Below, one piece after another: positions 1-8,070 of a stretch of DNA of 63,186 nt; position 1 is the first letter of the stretch; every line of letters begins with the position of its first letter. Origin of the DNA: an uncultured Oscillospiraceae bacterium (GTDB lineage Bacteria > Bacillota > Clostridia > Oscillospirales > Ruminococcaceae); NCBI GenBank assembly GCA_964483415.1, contig CAZAAR010000002.1, positions 1 through 63,186 of the forward strand, written 5' to 3'. The position numbers were made by a program, and so were the translations under genes. Below the pieces are notes generated by a model. The model was given only the letters and a program-made list of their open reading frames with translations, did no database searches and was not told the origin of the DNA.

Positions 1-1918
1 GGTAGAGGGCGGAGAGCGCCTCCTCCGGCAAGATGTCCTTCATCTGCGCGCCGGCCATGGTCTGATGCCCGCCGCCGCCCAAGGCCTCCAAGATGACCTG
101 CACGTTCATCGCGCCGAGGGAGCGCCCGGAGATCGAGGTTCCGTCGCCGGTCGAAAACAGGACGAACGAGGCGTTGGCGCCCTCGATCGTCAAGAGCTCG
201 TCGGCGGCCTGCGGGGCCACGAGGGCGACGTCCCGGTAGGGTTTCGCGATGGCCACCGCGCAGCCCCGGTAGAGCTCCGCGCCCGCGACCACCTCGGAGC
301 GCTCGCGGTACTCCTCGAGCGTGCCGGAAAACAGCAGCTTGACCGCCACGGGATCCGCGCCCTGACGGCGCAGGTAGGCGGCGGCCTCGAAGCACCGCGC
401 CCCGGCCCGCACCGTGAAGCTTCTGGTGTCGAGCATGATGCCGGAGAGCAGGGCCTCGGCCTCGGGCTTGGTGGGCCGGCACGAATCCGGGAAATATTGA
501 AGCAGCTCCGTCACCATCTCACAGGTGGAGGAAGAGTGCGGCTCGTGGTAGAAGATCACCGCGTTGTCGATGTTGCCGAGCATACGGCGGTGGTGGTCGA
601 TGACGACCACGTTGCGGCAGGCGGAATAGACCTCCGGGGATTCGAGAATGTGCCGGACGTGCGTGTCCACGATGATGAGCAGCGTGTCCGGGCCGATCTT
701 GTCGAGGGCCTCCTCGGGCGGGATGAACAGGCCGAGGTCGCCGTTCTTTTCGTAGCGGTGCACGAGCGGCATCGCGAGGCAGGTCTTGCGGTTGAGCACG
801 ATGCGCACCGGTTTGCCCATCAGCCGGACCGCGCCGGCCATGCCGATCGCCGCGCCCACGCAGTCGAGGTCGCCGGAGCGGTGCCCCATGACGAGGATGT
901 TTTCGCTCGAGCCGATCAGATCGACCAGCGCGGCCGCGACGATCCTCGTCTTGACTTTCGTGCGCTTCTCCACGCCCTTCGCGTAGCCGCCGTAAAATTC
1001 GTAGCCGGACGGGTCGCGCACGGTGGCCTGATCGCCGCCCCTGCCAAGGGACATCTCGAGCGCCTGCGAGGAGGCCGCCTGCAGCTCCGGCAGCGTCGCG
1101 TATCCGCGCCCAACGCCGATCGAGAGCGTCACGGGCAGCCCGTCGGAGGTGACGATCGCGCGCGCCTTGTCAAGGACCGTGAAGCGTTCCGCGATCAGCG
1201 CGGAGAGATACTGCTCCTCCATCACGGCGATGAAGCGGTTGCCGTCCGCCTTTTTGAGCATCGAGGACGTGCCCGAAGCGAACCGCTCGAACATGGCCTC
1301 CACCTCGCCCATGATCCGGCTGCGCTCGCTCTCCTTGCAGTTTGCGAAGAGGTCTTCGAGATTGTCCATCAGGATCGTGAGCACGGCCGGGTGGGTGTCC
1401 TTATAGAGCTTGCCGATGCGCTTTTCTTCGGTGCGGTCGATAAAATAGTGGAAGACGAGCCCCGCGCCCAGGTCCTCGTTGCGGAAAACCTCGTAATGCC
1501 GGTCGCCGACCGCCGCCATCCGGCTGTCGAGGAACGGGGAGTCCTCAGTCAGCACCGGCGAGAGGTCGCCGATGTCCGTGCCGAAGAGCTCCTTCTCGCA
1601 GGGCACGGTCTTCTGGAAATTTTGGTTGCACCAGAGCACGACGCCCTTGCGGTCGGTCACGAGCACCGGCAGGGGGAACGCCTCGAGCACGGTCCGGTCG
1701 CGGGAGGAGAGCTTCGCCGCGACCGCCTCCAAAAAGAGGCGCGCCTCTCTCCTCGAGCGGAACACCCAAACCGCGACCAGGGCGCCGACGACGGCCGTAA
1801 TAGCCGCCTCGGACGCAAAGACCGCCCAGTCGTAAAACGCCGTCACCACGGTGAAACCGCAGGCGAGGAAAAACAGCGTCAGCAGCGCGGGGCCCATGAA
1901 GCCAAGCCTTTTTTTCAC
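1..1918 (-). CDS. gdpP: cyclic-di-AMP phosphodiesterase GdpP (DHH/DHHA1); the C-terminal end runs off the left edge of the window
   Basis: Not in the ORF track because there is no stop in the window. Manual minus-strand translation starts at GTG 1916-1918, preceded by AAAGGAGG. It gives VKKRLGFMGPALLTLFFLACGF... (two TM helices), then a PAS-like region, VIDHH (DHH motif), GIMLDT, and LEALGGGGHQTMAGAQ (DHHA1 GGGH motif) near nt 60-100. Confidence 0.85.
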   Translation of the reverse strand, partial: MKKRLGFMGPALLTLFFLACGFTVVTAFYDWAVFASEAAITAVVGALVAVWVFRSRREARLFLEAVAAKLSSRDRTVLEAFPLPVLVTDRKGVVLWCNQNFQKTVPCEKELFGTDIGDLSPVLTEDSPFLDSRMAAVGDRHYEVFRNEDLGAGLVFHYFIDRTEEKRIGKLYKDTHPAVLTILMDNLEDLFANCKESERSRIMGEVEAMFERFASGTSSMLKKADGNRFIAVMEEQYLSALIAERFTVLDKARAIVTSDGLPVTLSIGVGRGYATLPELQAASSQALEMSLGRGGDQATVRDPSGYEFYGGYAKGVEKRTKVKTRIVAAALVDLIGSSENILVMGHRSGDLDCVGAAIGMAGAVRLMGKPVRIVLNRKTCLAMPLVHRYEKNGDLGLFIPPEEALDKIGPDTLLIIVDTHVRHILESPEVYSACRNVVVIDHHRRMLGNIDNAVIFYHEPHSSSTCEMVTELLQYFPDSCRPTKPEAEALLSGIMLDTRSFTVRAGARCFEAAAYLRRQGADPVAVKLLFSGTLEEYRERSEVVAGAELYRGCAVAIAKPYRDVALVAPQAADELLTIEGANASFVLFSTGDGTSISGRSLGAMNVQVILEALGGGGHQTMAGAQMKDILPEEALSALY

Positions 1919-2187
1919 GGTGCAGCCTCCTTTCCGGTAAAATTTCTTGTATAGATTATTATTATATCAGAAGAAAAAAATGATTACAAGACCCGGGGCC
2001 CCTTTCGGGGGCCCATAAATCCGCGCGGGCTTCCCGATTTCGCAAAGATTGGGCCGATAAAAAAACAGGGGCGCGCCCGCGTCCGCCCAGGACGGACGGC
2101 CTTTGCGCGCTCCCCGGCGGCCGAAAGCAAACGGCGGGCGCTCAGCCGGGCCGGGATATCTCCGCGCCGGTGGCGGCGGGCCGGGAC

Positions 2188-2215
2188 AAAAAAAGGGAAG
2201 CGCGCGGCGCTCCCC
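2188..2215 (-). terminator. intrinsic terminator downstream of rnj
   Basis: On the minus strand, GGGGAGCGCCGCGCGCTTCCC hairpin followed by a T7 run, about 20 nt after the rnj stop. Confidence 0.65.
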
Positions 2216-2233
2216 CTTTTTTTAGCTTCTTTT

Positions 2234-4576
2234 TCAGACGGCGGCTTTCACGATCTCCTCGATGATCGGCAGGACCATCGGCGAGCGCTTCGTGAGGCCG
2301 AACAGGTAGCTCCCGACCGCGTCCTTGATCTTCGTCTTGAGGTTCTGCCAGTCGCGCTTGTTGTCGGAGACGCTCGCCTCGACGGTCTTGCGCGCGATCT
2401 GTCTCGCCGCCTCGAGCATATCCTCGGCCTCCCGCACATAGACGAAGCCGCGGGAGACGATGTCCGGCCCGGCGAGGATCTCCCCGGTGTCGCGGTCGAG
2501 CGTGAGGGTGACGATGATCAGACCGTCCTCCCCGAGACGCTTTCTGTCGCGCAGCACCACGCTGCCGACGTCGCCGACCCCGAGGCCGTCCACAAGGATG
2601 GCCCCCGCGGACACGGAGGAGGTGGCGTTGATGCCCGCCTCGTTGACCTCGATCACGCGCCCGATCTCCGGGATCATGACGTTTTCCGGCGGCATGCCCA
2701 TGCTCATGGCGAGCTCGGCGTGCTTTTTCAGGTGCTTGTATTCGCCGTGGACGGGGATGAAGAAACGCGGTTTTGTCAGCGAGAGCATCAGCTTTTCCTC
2801 GTCCTGACAGGCGTGCCCGGAGACGTGGATCTGGCTGTAACGCTCGTAGACGACCTCCGCGCCGAGGCGCATCAGCTCGTTGACGACCCGCCCGACGTCT
2901 TTTTCGTTGCCGGGGATGGGGTAGGCGGAGATGATGACGAGGTCGCGGGAGTTGATGTTGATTTTGCGGTGGTCGCCCATGGCCATTCTAGTCAGGGCGG
3001 CCATGGTCTCGCCCTGGCTGCCGGTCGTGACGATGACCGCCTCGTTTTCCGGCAGGCGGCAGATGGTGTCGAGCGAGACGACGGTCCCCTCCGGCGCGAC
3101 GAGGTAGCCCATTTCGAGCGCCTTGGCGGTGACGTGCTCCATGCTGCGGCCGACGACCGCGACCTTCCGGCCAAAGCGCACGGCGGAGTCGATCGCGAGC
3201 TGCACGCGGTGGACGTTGCTCGAGAACGTCGCGACTAAGATCCTGCGCTCGCCGGCGTTTTTAAACAACAGGTCGAAGGATTCCCCGACGGTGCGCTCGC
3301 TCGGCGTATAGCCGGGGCGCTCCGCGTTGGTGGAATCGGAGAGCAGCGCCAAAACGCCCTTGCTGCCGAGCTCGCCGAAGCGCGCGAGGTCGATGATCTC
3401 GTCGTTGGTGGGCGTGTAGTCCACCTTGAAGTCCCCGGTTTCGATGACGATGCCGGCGGGCGTGTGCAGCGCGAGCGCGCAGGAGTCCGGGATGGAGTGG
3501 TTGACATGGATAAATTCCACGGTCATGCACCCCAGCGTGACGGTATCCCGCGGCTTCACGACGTTGAGGAGCGCCTTGTTAAGCAGGCCCTTTTCGGCGA
3601 GCTTGCCCTCGATCAGCGCGATCGTGAAGCGCGTCGCGTAGATCGGGATATTCATCTTTTGGAGCAGGAAGGGGATGCCGCCGATGTGGTCCTCGTGCCC
3701 GTGCGTGACGACGAGGCCGCGGATCCGGTCGCGGTTCTCCTCAAGGTAGGTGAAATCCGGAATGACCAGATCGACGCCCAGCATCTCGTCGCCCGGAAAG
3801 GCGAGCCCGCAGTCCACGATCACGATGTCGTCGCCGTATTCAAAGGCCGTGATATTTTTGCCGATCTCGCCCAGGCCCCCGAGCGGGATGATTTTAAGCG
3901 GCGGCAGTTTGGCGTTTTTGGAGGGGCGTCCGCGCTTCTTTTGGTTCCAGCCCGTCGGGGCGGTGGGTTTCCAGTCCGAGGGGGCGCGGTTCATAAAGAC
4001 CTCGCGGAGCGCGTTTTTCGCGCGGCCGCCGGGGTTTCCTTTCTGCGGGCGGGGGTTTCCCTTCGCGTCTCCGGAGTTCCCTTTTTGAGCGTTCGGGTCT
4101 CCCCTTTGGCCGCCGGAGCCTCCCTGCCGGGCGTTGGGATGTCCCTGCTGCGCGCCGGGATTCCTTTTTTGAGCGTCCGGATTCTTCTTTTGAGCGCCGG
4201 GATTTTCCTGCTGCGCGCCGGGGTTTCCCTTTTGAGCATCCGGCGTTTTCGGCGCGGGAGCCTCTTTTTGGGCGCCGTCCTTCACGGGGGCGGCGGATTT
4301 TTGGTTCTTGGGCGGGCGACCGCGGCGCTTCTGTTTTTGGCGCTGCGGGGCCGCGGTTTCGTGCTCGGTCACAGGTTCACGTTCGGTTACGGATTCGTGT
4401 CTGGGCGCAGATTCGTGTCTGGCCGCGGTTTCGTGCTCGGTCACAGATTCGTGTTCATACTGGCTCTCCGGCAGATTTGCCAGCACCAGATCCAGTTTTT
4501 CCAAATTCGCTTTTTGCATTTTGGCCCGGGCCGCGTCTCTGACGCTCTGGTCGCCCGGATGTTGCTTGTTGTCCAA
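2234..4576 (-). CDS. rnj: ribonuclease J (metallo-beta-lactamase/beta-CASP) with a ~225-aa low-complexity N-terminal extension
   Basis: 780-aa ORF. KIIPLGGLGEIGKNITAFEYGDDIVIVDCG and THGHEDHIGG are RNase J hallmarks. TTG start 7 nt after AAGGAGG. The N-terminus is a K/G/N/P/Q-rich repeat with two RGRP AT-hook-like cores. Confidence 0.9.
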   Translation of the reverse strand: MDNKQHPGDQSVRDAARAKMQKANLEKLDLVLANLPESQYEHESVTEHETAARHESAPRHESVTEREPVTEHETAAPQRQKQKRRGRPPKNQKSAAPVKDGAQKEAPAPKTPDAQKGNPGAQQENPGAQKKNPDAQKRNPGAQQGHPNARQGGSGGQRGDPNAQKGNSGDAKGNPRPQKGNPGGRAKNALREVFMNRAPSDWKPTAPTGWNQKKRGRPSKNAKLPPLKIIPLGGLGEIGKNITAFEYGDDIVIVDCGLAFPGDEMLGVDLVIPDFTYLEENRDRIRGLVVTHGHEDHIGGIPFLLQKMNIPIYATRFTIALIEGKLAEKGLLNKALLNVVKPRDTVTLGCMTVEFIHVNHSIPDSCALALHTPAGIVIETGDFKVDYTPTNDEIIDLARFGELGSKGVLALLSDSTNAERPGYTPSERTVGESFDLLFKNAGERRILVATFSSNVHRVQLAIDSAVRFGRKVAVVGRSMEHVTAKALEMGYLVAPEGTVVSLDTICRLPENEAVIVTTGSQGETMAALTRMAMGDHRKININSRDLVIISAYPIPGNEKDVGRVVNELMRLGAEVVYERYSQIHVSGHACQDEEKLMLSLTKPRFFIPVHGEYKHLKKHAELAMSMGMPPENVMIPEIGRVIEVNEAGINATSSVSAGAILVDGLGVGDVGSVVLRDRKRLGEDGLIIVTLTLDRDTGEILAGPDIVSRGFVYVREAEDMLEAARQIARKTVEASVSDNKRDWQNLKTKIKDAVGSYLFGLTKRSPMVLPIIEEIVKAAV

Positions 4577-4913
4577 ATAATGGCCTCCTTTTTCATAAAA
4601 GGTTTTTTTCTTGTTTCATTCGGCATTTTGCGTGATTTTTCGAAAAATAAAAAATAAAATCGAAAAAATATGTAGATTTCTTTTGTTTAGGCATCAAAAA
4701 CATGCCTTTCGGGATTCCGAAGGGCAAAAACCAATTCTTTTCGATTAATTCCGGTCCAAAAATCATTAAAATAATCATATATGAATCTAATTTATCTGTC
4801 AACAGAATTTTATGAACAACGATAAAATTGTGATTTTCCGATCAAAAAACACGGCAAAATGAGTATGGACGAAAATACCGAAAATAAACGCCGCGCACTT
4901 TCTATAAAATTTT

Positions 4914-4942
4914 CTTGCAAATTCTTCTGTTTTCTACTATTA
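4914..4942 (+). promoter_or_regulatory. sigma-A-type promoter for rnhA
   Basis: TTGCAA (4914-4919), 17 nt spacer, TATTAT (4937-4942), in an AT-rich intergenic island. Confidence 0.5.
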
Positions 4943-4988
4943 TAGAGGGAAAGATTGACGGCTTTTTTGGCTTTGGGTGGTTTTTAAA

Positions 4989-5432
4989 ATGAAAGAAGTG
5001 ACCATTTACACGGATGGGGCCTGCTCCGGCAACCCGGGGCCGGGCGGCTGGGGCGCCATCCTTGTCTATAAAGGACGGGAAAAGATCCTCTCCGGCGGCG
5101 AGGCGCTCACCACCAACAACCGCATGGAGCTTTCCGGCGCGATCGCCGCGCTGGAGACGCTCCGGGAGCCGTGCCGCGTCACGCTGGTCACGGACTCCCA
5201 GTATCTCGCGAGCGGGATCGGCAGGGGCTGGGCGGCCAAATGGCGCGCGAACGGCTGGAAAAAGCCCGACGGCAAACCCGCGAAGAACGCGGACCTCTGG
5301 GCGCGCCTGCTCGCGCTCCTCGAGATCCACGAGGCGCGGTTTGAATGGGTGCGGGGCCACGCCGGCCACCCCGGGAACGAGCGCTGCGACGCGCTCGCGG
5401 TCGCGGAGTCGAAAAAAGCCGCCGCCGTTTGA
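4989..5432 (+). CDS. rnhA: ribonuclease HI
   Basis: [25 protein letters not shown]...[15 protein letters not shown]...[18 protein letters not shown] is a typical RNase H1. ATG at 4989 is preferred over the upstream GTG at 4977. Confidence 0.9.
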   Translation: MKEVTIYTDGACSGNPGPGGWGAILVYKGREKILSGGEALTTNNRMELSGAIAALETLREPCRVTLVTDSQYLASGIGRGWAAKWRANGWKKPDGKPAKNADLWARLLALLEIHEARFEWVRGHAGHPGNERCDALAVAESKKAAAV

Positions 5433-5595
5433 TCGACGGAACCGAGGCGTTCTTCTTATCACGCGCGATTTTTTAATTGATTTCCATATTCTAAAGTTTT
5501 TTTAGAAAAATTCAGGGATGGGTATTGCAATTCCTACTAAATTAGTATAATATGAAATCCTGAGAGTTTTTCAAAGAAAACGAGGAAAATTAGGA

Positions 5596-6810
5596 ATGGA
5601 AGAATCCGAAAAAAGATTGGTATATGTGGACAACGCCGCCACGACCCCGATCACGCCCGAGGTGCTGGACGTCATGCTCCCGTGGCTGACCGAGGGATAC
5701 GGCAACGCCTCGACGATCTACGCGAAAGGCAGGGAGGCGGGCTGGGCGCTCAAGCGCGCCCGCGAGACCTGCGCCGCCTGCCTCGGCGCCGGGGAGGGGG
5801 AGATCTACTTCACCTCCGGCGGCTCCGAGTCGGACAACTGGGCGCTCAAGGGCGCGGCGCAGGCGATGGCGAAGCGGGGCAAAAAGCACATCATCACCTC
5901 CGCGTTCGAGCACCACGCGGTGCTGCACACCTGCGGCACGCTGGAAAAACAGGGCTTCGAGGTCACCTACCTGCCGGTATACGAAAACGGCATTGTCCGC
6001 GTGGAGGACGTGGCCGCGGCGATCCGCCCGGACACGGGCCTCGTCTCGATCATATACGCGAACAACGAGATCGGCACCATTCAGCCGATCGCCGAGATCG
6101 GCGCTTTGTGCCGCGAGAAAAAAATCTGGTTCCACACGGACGCGGTGCAGGCGGTCGGGCACGTCCCGATCGACGTCAAGGCGCAGAACATCGACCTGCT
6201 CTCGCTCTCCGGCCACAAGCTCCACGCGATGAAGGGCGTGGGCCTGCTCTATATCCGCAAGGGCATCGTGCTGACGAACCTGATCGAGGGCGGCGCGCAG
6301 GAGAAGGGCAAACGCGCCGGCACCGAGAACATCGCCGGCATCGTGGGCCTCGCGAAGGCGCTGGAGATTGCCGTCACCGACATCGAGGGGCGCGCCGCGC
6401 GGACAAGGCTCCTGCGCGACCGGCTGATCGACAGCATCCTGAAGATCGAGCGCACGCGCCTCAACGGGGACCGCGAGAAGCGGCTCCCGGGTAACGTCAA
6501 CATCTCGATCGAGGGCATCGAGGGCGAGGGCCTGCTGCTCTGGCTCGACCAATACGGGATCTGCGCGTCCTCCGGCTCCGCCTGCACGAGCGGCTCGCTC
6601 GACCCGAGCCACGTGCTTTTGGCGATCGGCCTGCCGCACGAGACCGCCCACGGCTCGCTGCGCATCACGCTGGGCGACCAGAACACCGGGGAGGACGCGG
6701 ACGCGATCCTCGCGGTGCTGCCGGGCATCGTCGAGCGCCTGCGCGGGATGAGCCCGCTGTGGGAGAAGATCCGCGCGGGGGACACCTCCGCGGTCAAAAT
6801 GATTAAGTAA
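5596..6810 (+). CDS. nifS: cysteine desulfurase (NifS/IscS class, PLP-dependent)
   Basis: 404 aa. [22 protein letters not shown] (PLP lysine), and [10 protein letters not shown] (active-site Cys loop). Confidence 0.9.
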   Translation: MEESEKRLVYVDNAATTPITPEVLDVMLPWLTEGYGNASTIYAKGREAGWALKRARETCAACLGAGEGEIYFTSGGSESDNWALKGAAQAMAKRGKKHIITSAFEHHAVLHTCGTLEKQGFEVTYLPVYENGIVRVEDVAAAIRPDTGLVSIIYANNEIGTIQPIAEIGALCREKKIWFHTDAVQAVGHVPIDVKAQNIDLLSLSGHKLHAMKGVGLLYIRKGIVLTNLIEGGAQEKGKRAGTENIAGIVGLAKALEIAVTDIEGRAARTRLLRDRLIDSILKIERTRLNGDREKRLPGNVNISIEGIEGEGLLLWLDQYGICASSGSACTSGSLDPSHVLLAIGLPHETAHGSLRITLGDQNTGEDADAILAVLPGIVERLRGMSPLWEKIRAGDTSAVKMIK

Positions 6811-6868
6811 AAAATTTCAAACTTTACGATAGAGCGCCGCGGGAGCGGCAACACGGAGGATAAAAAAT

Positions 6869-7291
6869 ATGTTATATTCCGAAAAAGTGTTTGAGCATTT
6901 CACCAATCCGCGCAATGTCGGCGAGATCCCGGACGCGAACGGCGTCGGCGAAGTCGGCAACGCGCGCTGCGGCGATATTATGAAGATGTACCTCAAGATC
7001 GAGGACGGCGTCATCGAGGATATTAAATTCAAGACGTTTGGCTGCGGCGCCGCGATCGCGACGAGCTCCATCGCGACGGAGATGATCAAAGGCAAGCCGA
7101 TCGAGGAGGCGCTGAAGCTGTCCAACGAGGCGGTCATCGAGGCGCTCGACGGCCTGCCGGCGGTCAAGATCCACTGTTCCGTGCTCGCGGAGCAGGCTGT
7201 CAAGGCCGCGCTTTCCGACTACTACACCCGCCTCGGCGTCGACCCGCTGCCGATCGTCGGCCCGATCGGGGACGTCGCCTGCGCGGAGTAA
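6869..7291 (+). CDS. nifU: Fe-S cluster assembly scaffold (NifU N-terminal/IscU type)
   Basis: 140 aa. HFTNPRNVGEIPDANGVGEVGNARCGDIMKMYL and FKTFGCGAAIATSS show the three conserved Cys of IscU/NifU. Confidence 0.9.
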   Translation: MLYSEKVFEHFTNPRNVGEIPDANGVGEVGNARCGDIMKMYLKIEDGVIEDIKFKTFGCGAAIATSSIATEMIKGKPIEEALKLSNEAVIEALDGLPAVKIHCSVLAEQAVKAALSDYYTRLGVDPLPIVGPIGDVACAE

Positions 7292-7352
7292 ACCCGTCTT
7301 CCCAAACCGGGAACGAAAACACCCGATTCTGACACATAAAGGAGATGCGATC

Positions 7353-7724
7353 ATGAAATTCTATCGTTGTGTGCACTGTGGAAAAATCATCGTCATGCTG
7401 CACGAAACTCCCGTACCCACCATTTGCTGCGGCGAACCCATGCAGGAGCTGAAGCCGGGCGTCATTGATGCCGTTGTGGAGAAGCATCTGCCCGTTGTGA
7501 CGTCCAAGTGCGGGCGTTACACCGTGTCTGTCGGCGAAGTCGCCCACCCGATGATTCCGGAACATTACATCCAGTGGATCTGCTTTGAGACCCAAAAGGG
7601 GTTCCAGCAGAAGTATCTGCAGCCCGGCGACGAGCCGCAGGCCGTCTTTGCCCTTTCGGACGACAAGCCGGTCGCCGTCTACGAGTATTGCAACCTGCAC
7701 GGCCTCTGGATGACCAAGCTCTGA
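7353..7724 (+). CDS. dfx: desulfoferrodoxin (2Fe superoxide reductase)
   Basis: 123 aa. N-terminal desulforedoxin CxxC...CC (CVHCGK...ICCGEPM), EKHLPV, HPMIPEHYIQWI, YCNLHGLW. Confidence 0.9.
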   Translation: MKFYRCVHCGKIIVMLHETPVPTICCGEPMQELKPGVIDAVVEKHLPVVTSKCGRYTVSVGEVAHPMIPEHYIQWICFETQKGFQQKYLQPGDEPQAVFALSDDKPVAVYEYCNLHGLWMTKL

Positions 7725-8032
7725 TCCCGTCTGCCGGATCGCTTAAAAAACGGCCTTTCGCTCTTTTGTGCGGAAGGCTTTTTTATGCAGCAAAATTTGT
7801 TCGGCGCGGGGACGCGGCCCCCGGCGGAACTCTCGCCCGGAAACCGGAAGGCGGCTTTGCCTGTGGCGCGAAACCGGCAATCTACGGGGAAGCGGCGGCG
7901 ATGCCGGATATGTGATGCGGCGGGGACGGGGCGGGCAAACCCTGTCCGTGGAGCGTGCCCTCGAGGTCTGTCGGCGGCAACAGCGGCGGGGACGGGGCGG
8001 GCAAACCCGGCCCCCGGCGAAAACCCGATAAA

Positions 8033-8062
8033 GAAGCCCCCGTCCGAGACGGGGGCTTCTTT
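8033..8062. terminator. hairpin terminator between the dfx region and the convergent surface-protein gene
   Basis: GAAGCCCCCGTC-CGAG-ACGGGGGCTTC followed by TTTT on the plus strand and CTTTAT on the minus strand. Confidence 0.6.
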
Positions 8063-8070
8063 TAAAGCGC

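Noticed and set aside
65-1954. 629-aa plus-strand ORF covering the first 2 kb
   Set aside because: Its Arg/Gly/Asp/His-rich composition has no recognisable motifs. The opposite strand encodes an unambiguous GdpP (TM helices, DHH, GGGH motifs) with a GTG start and AAAGGAGG RBS. This is a typical antisense ORF of a high-GC genome.
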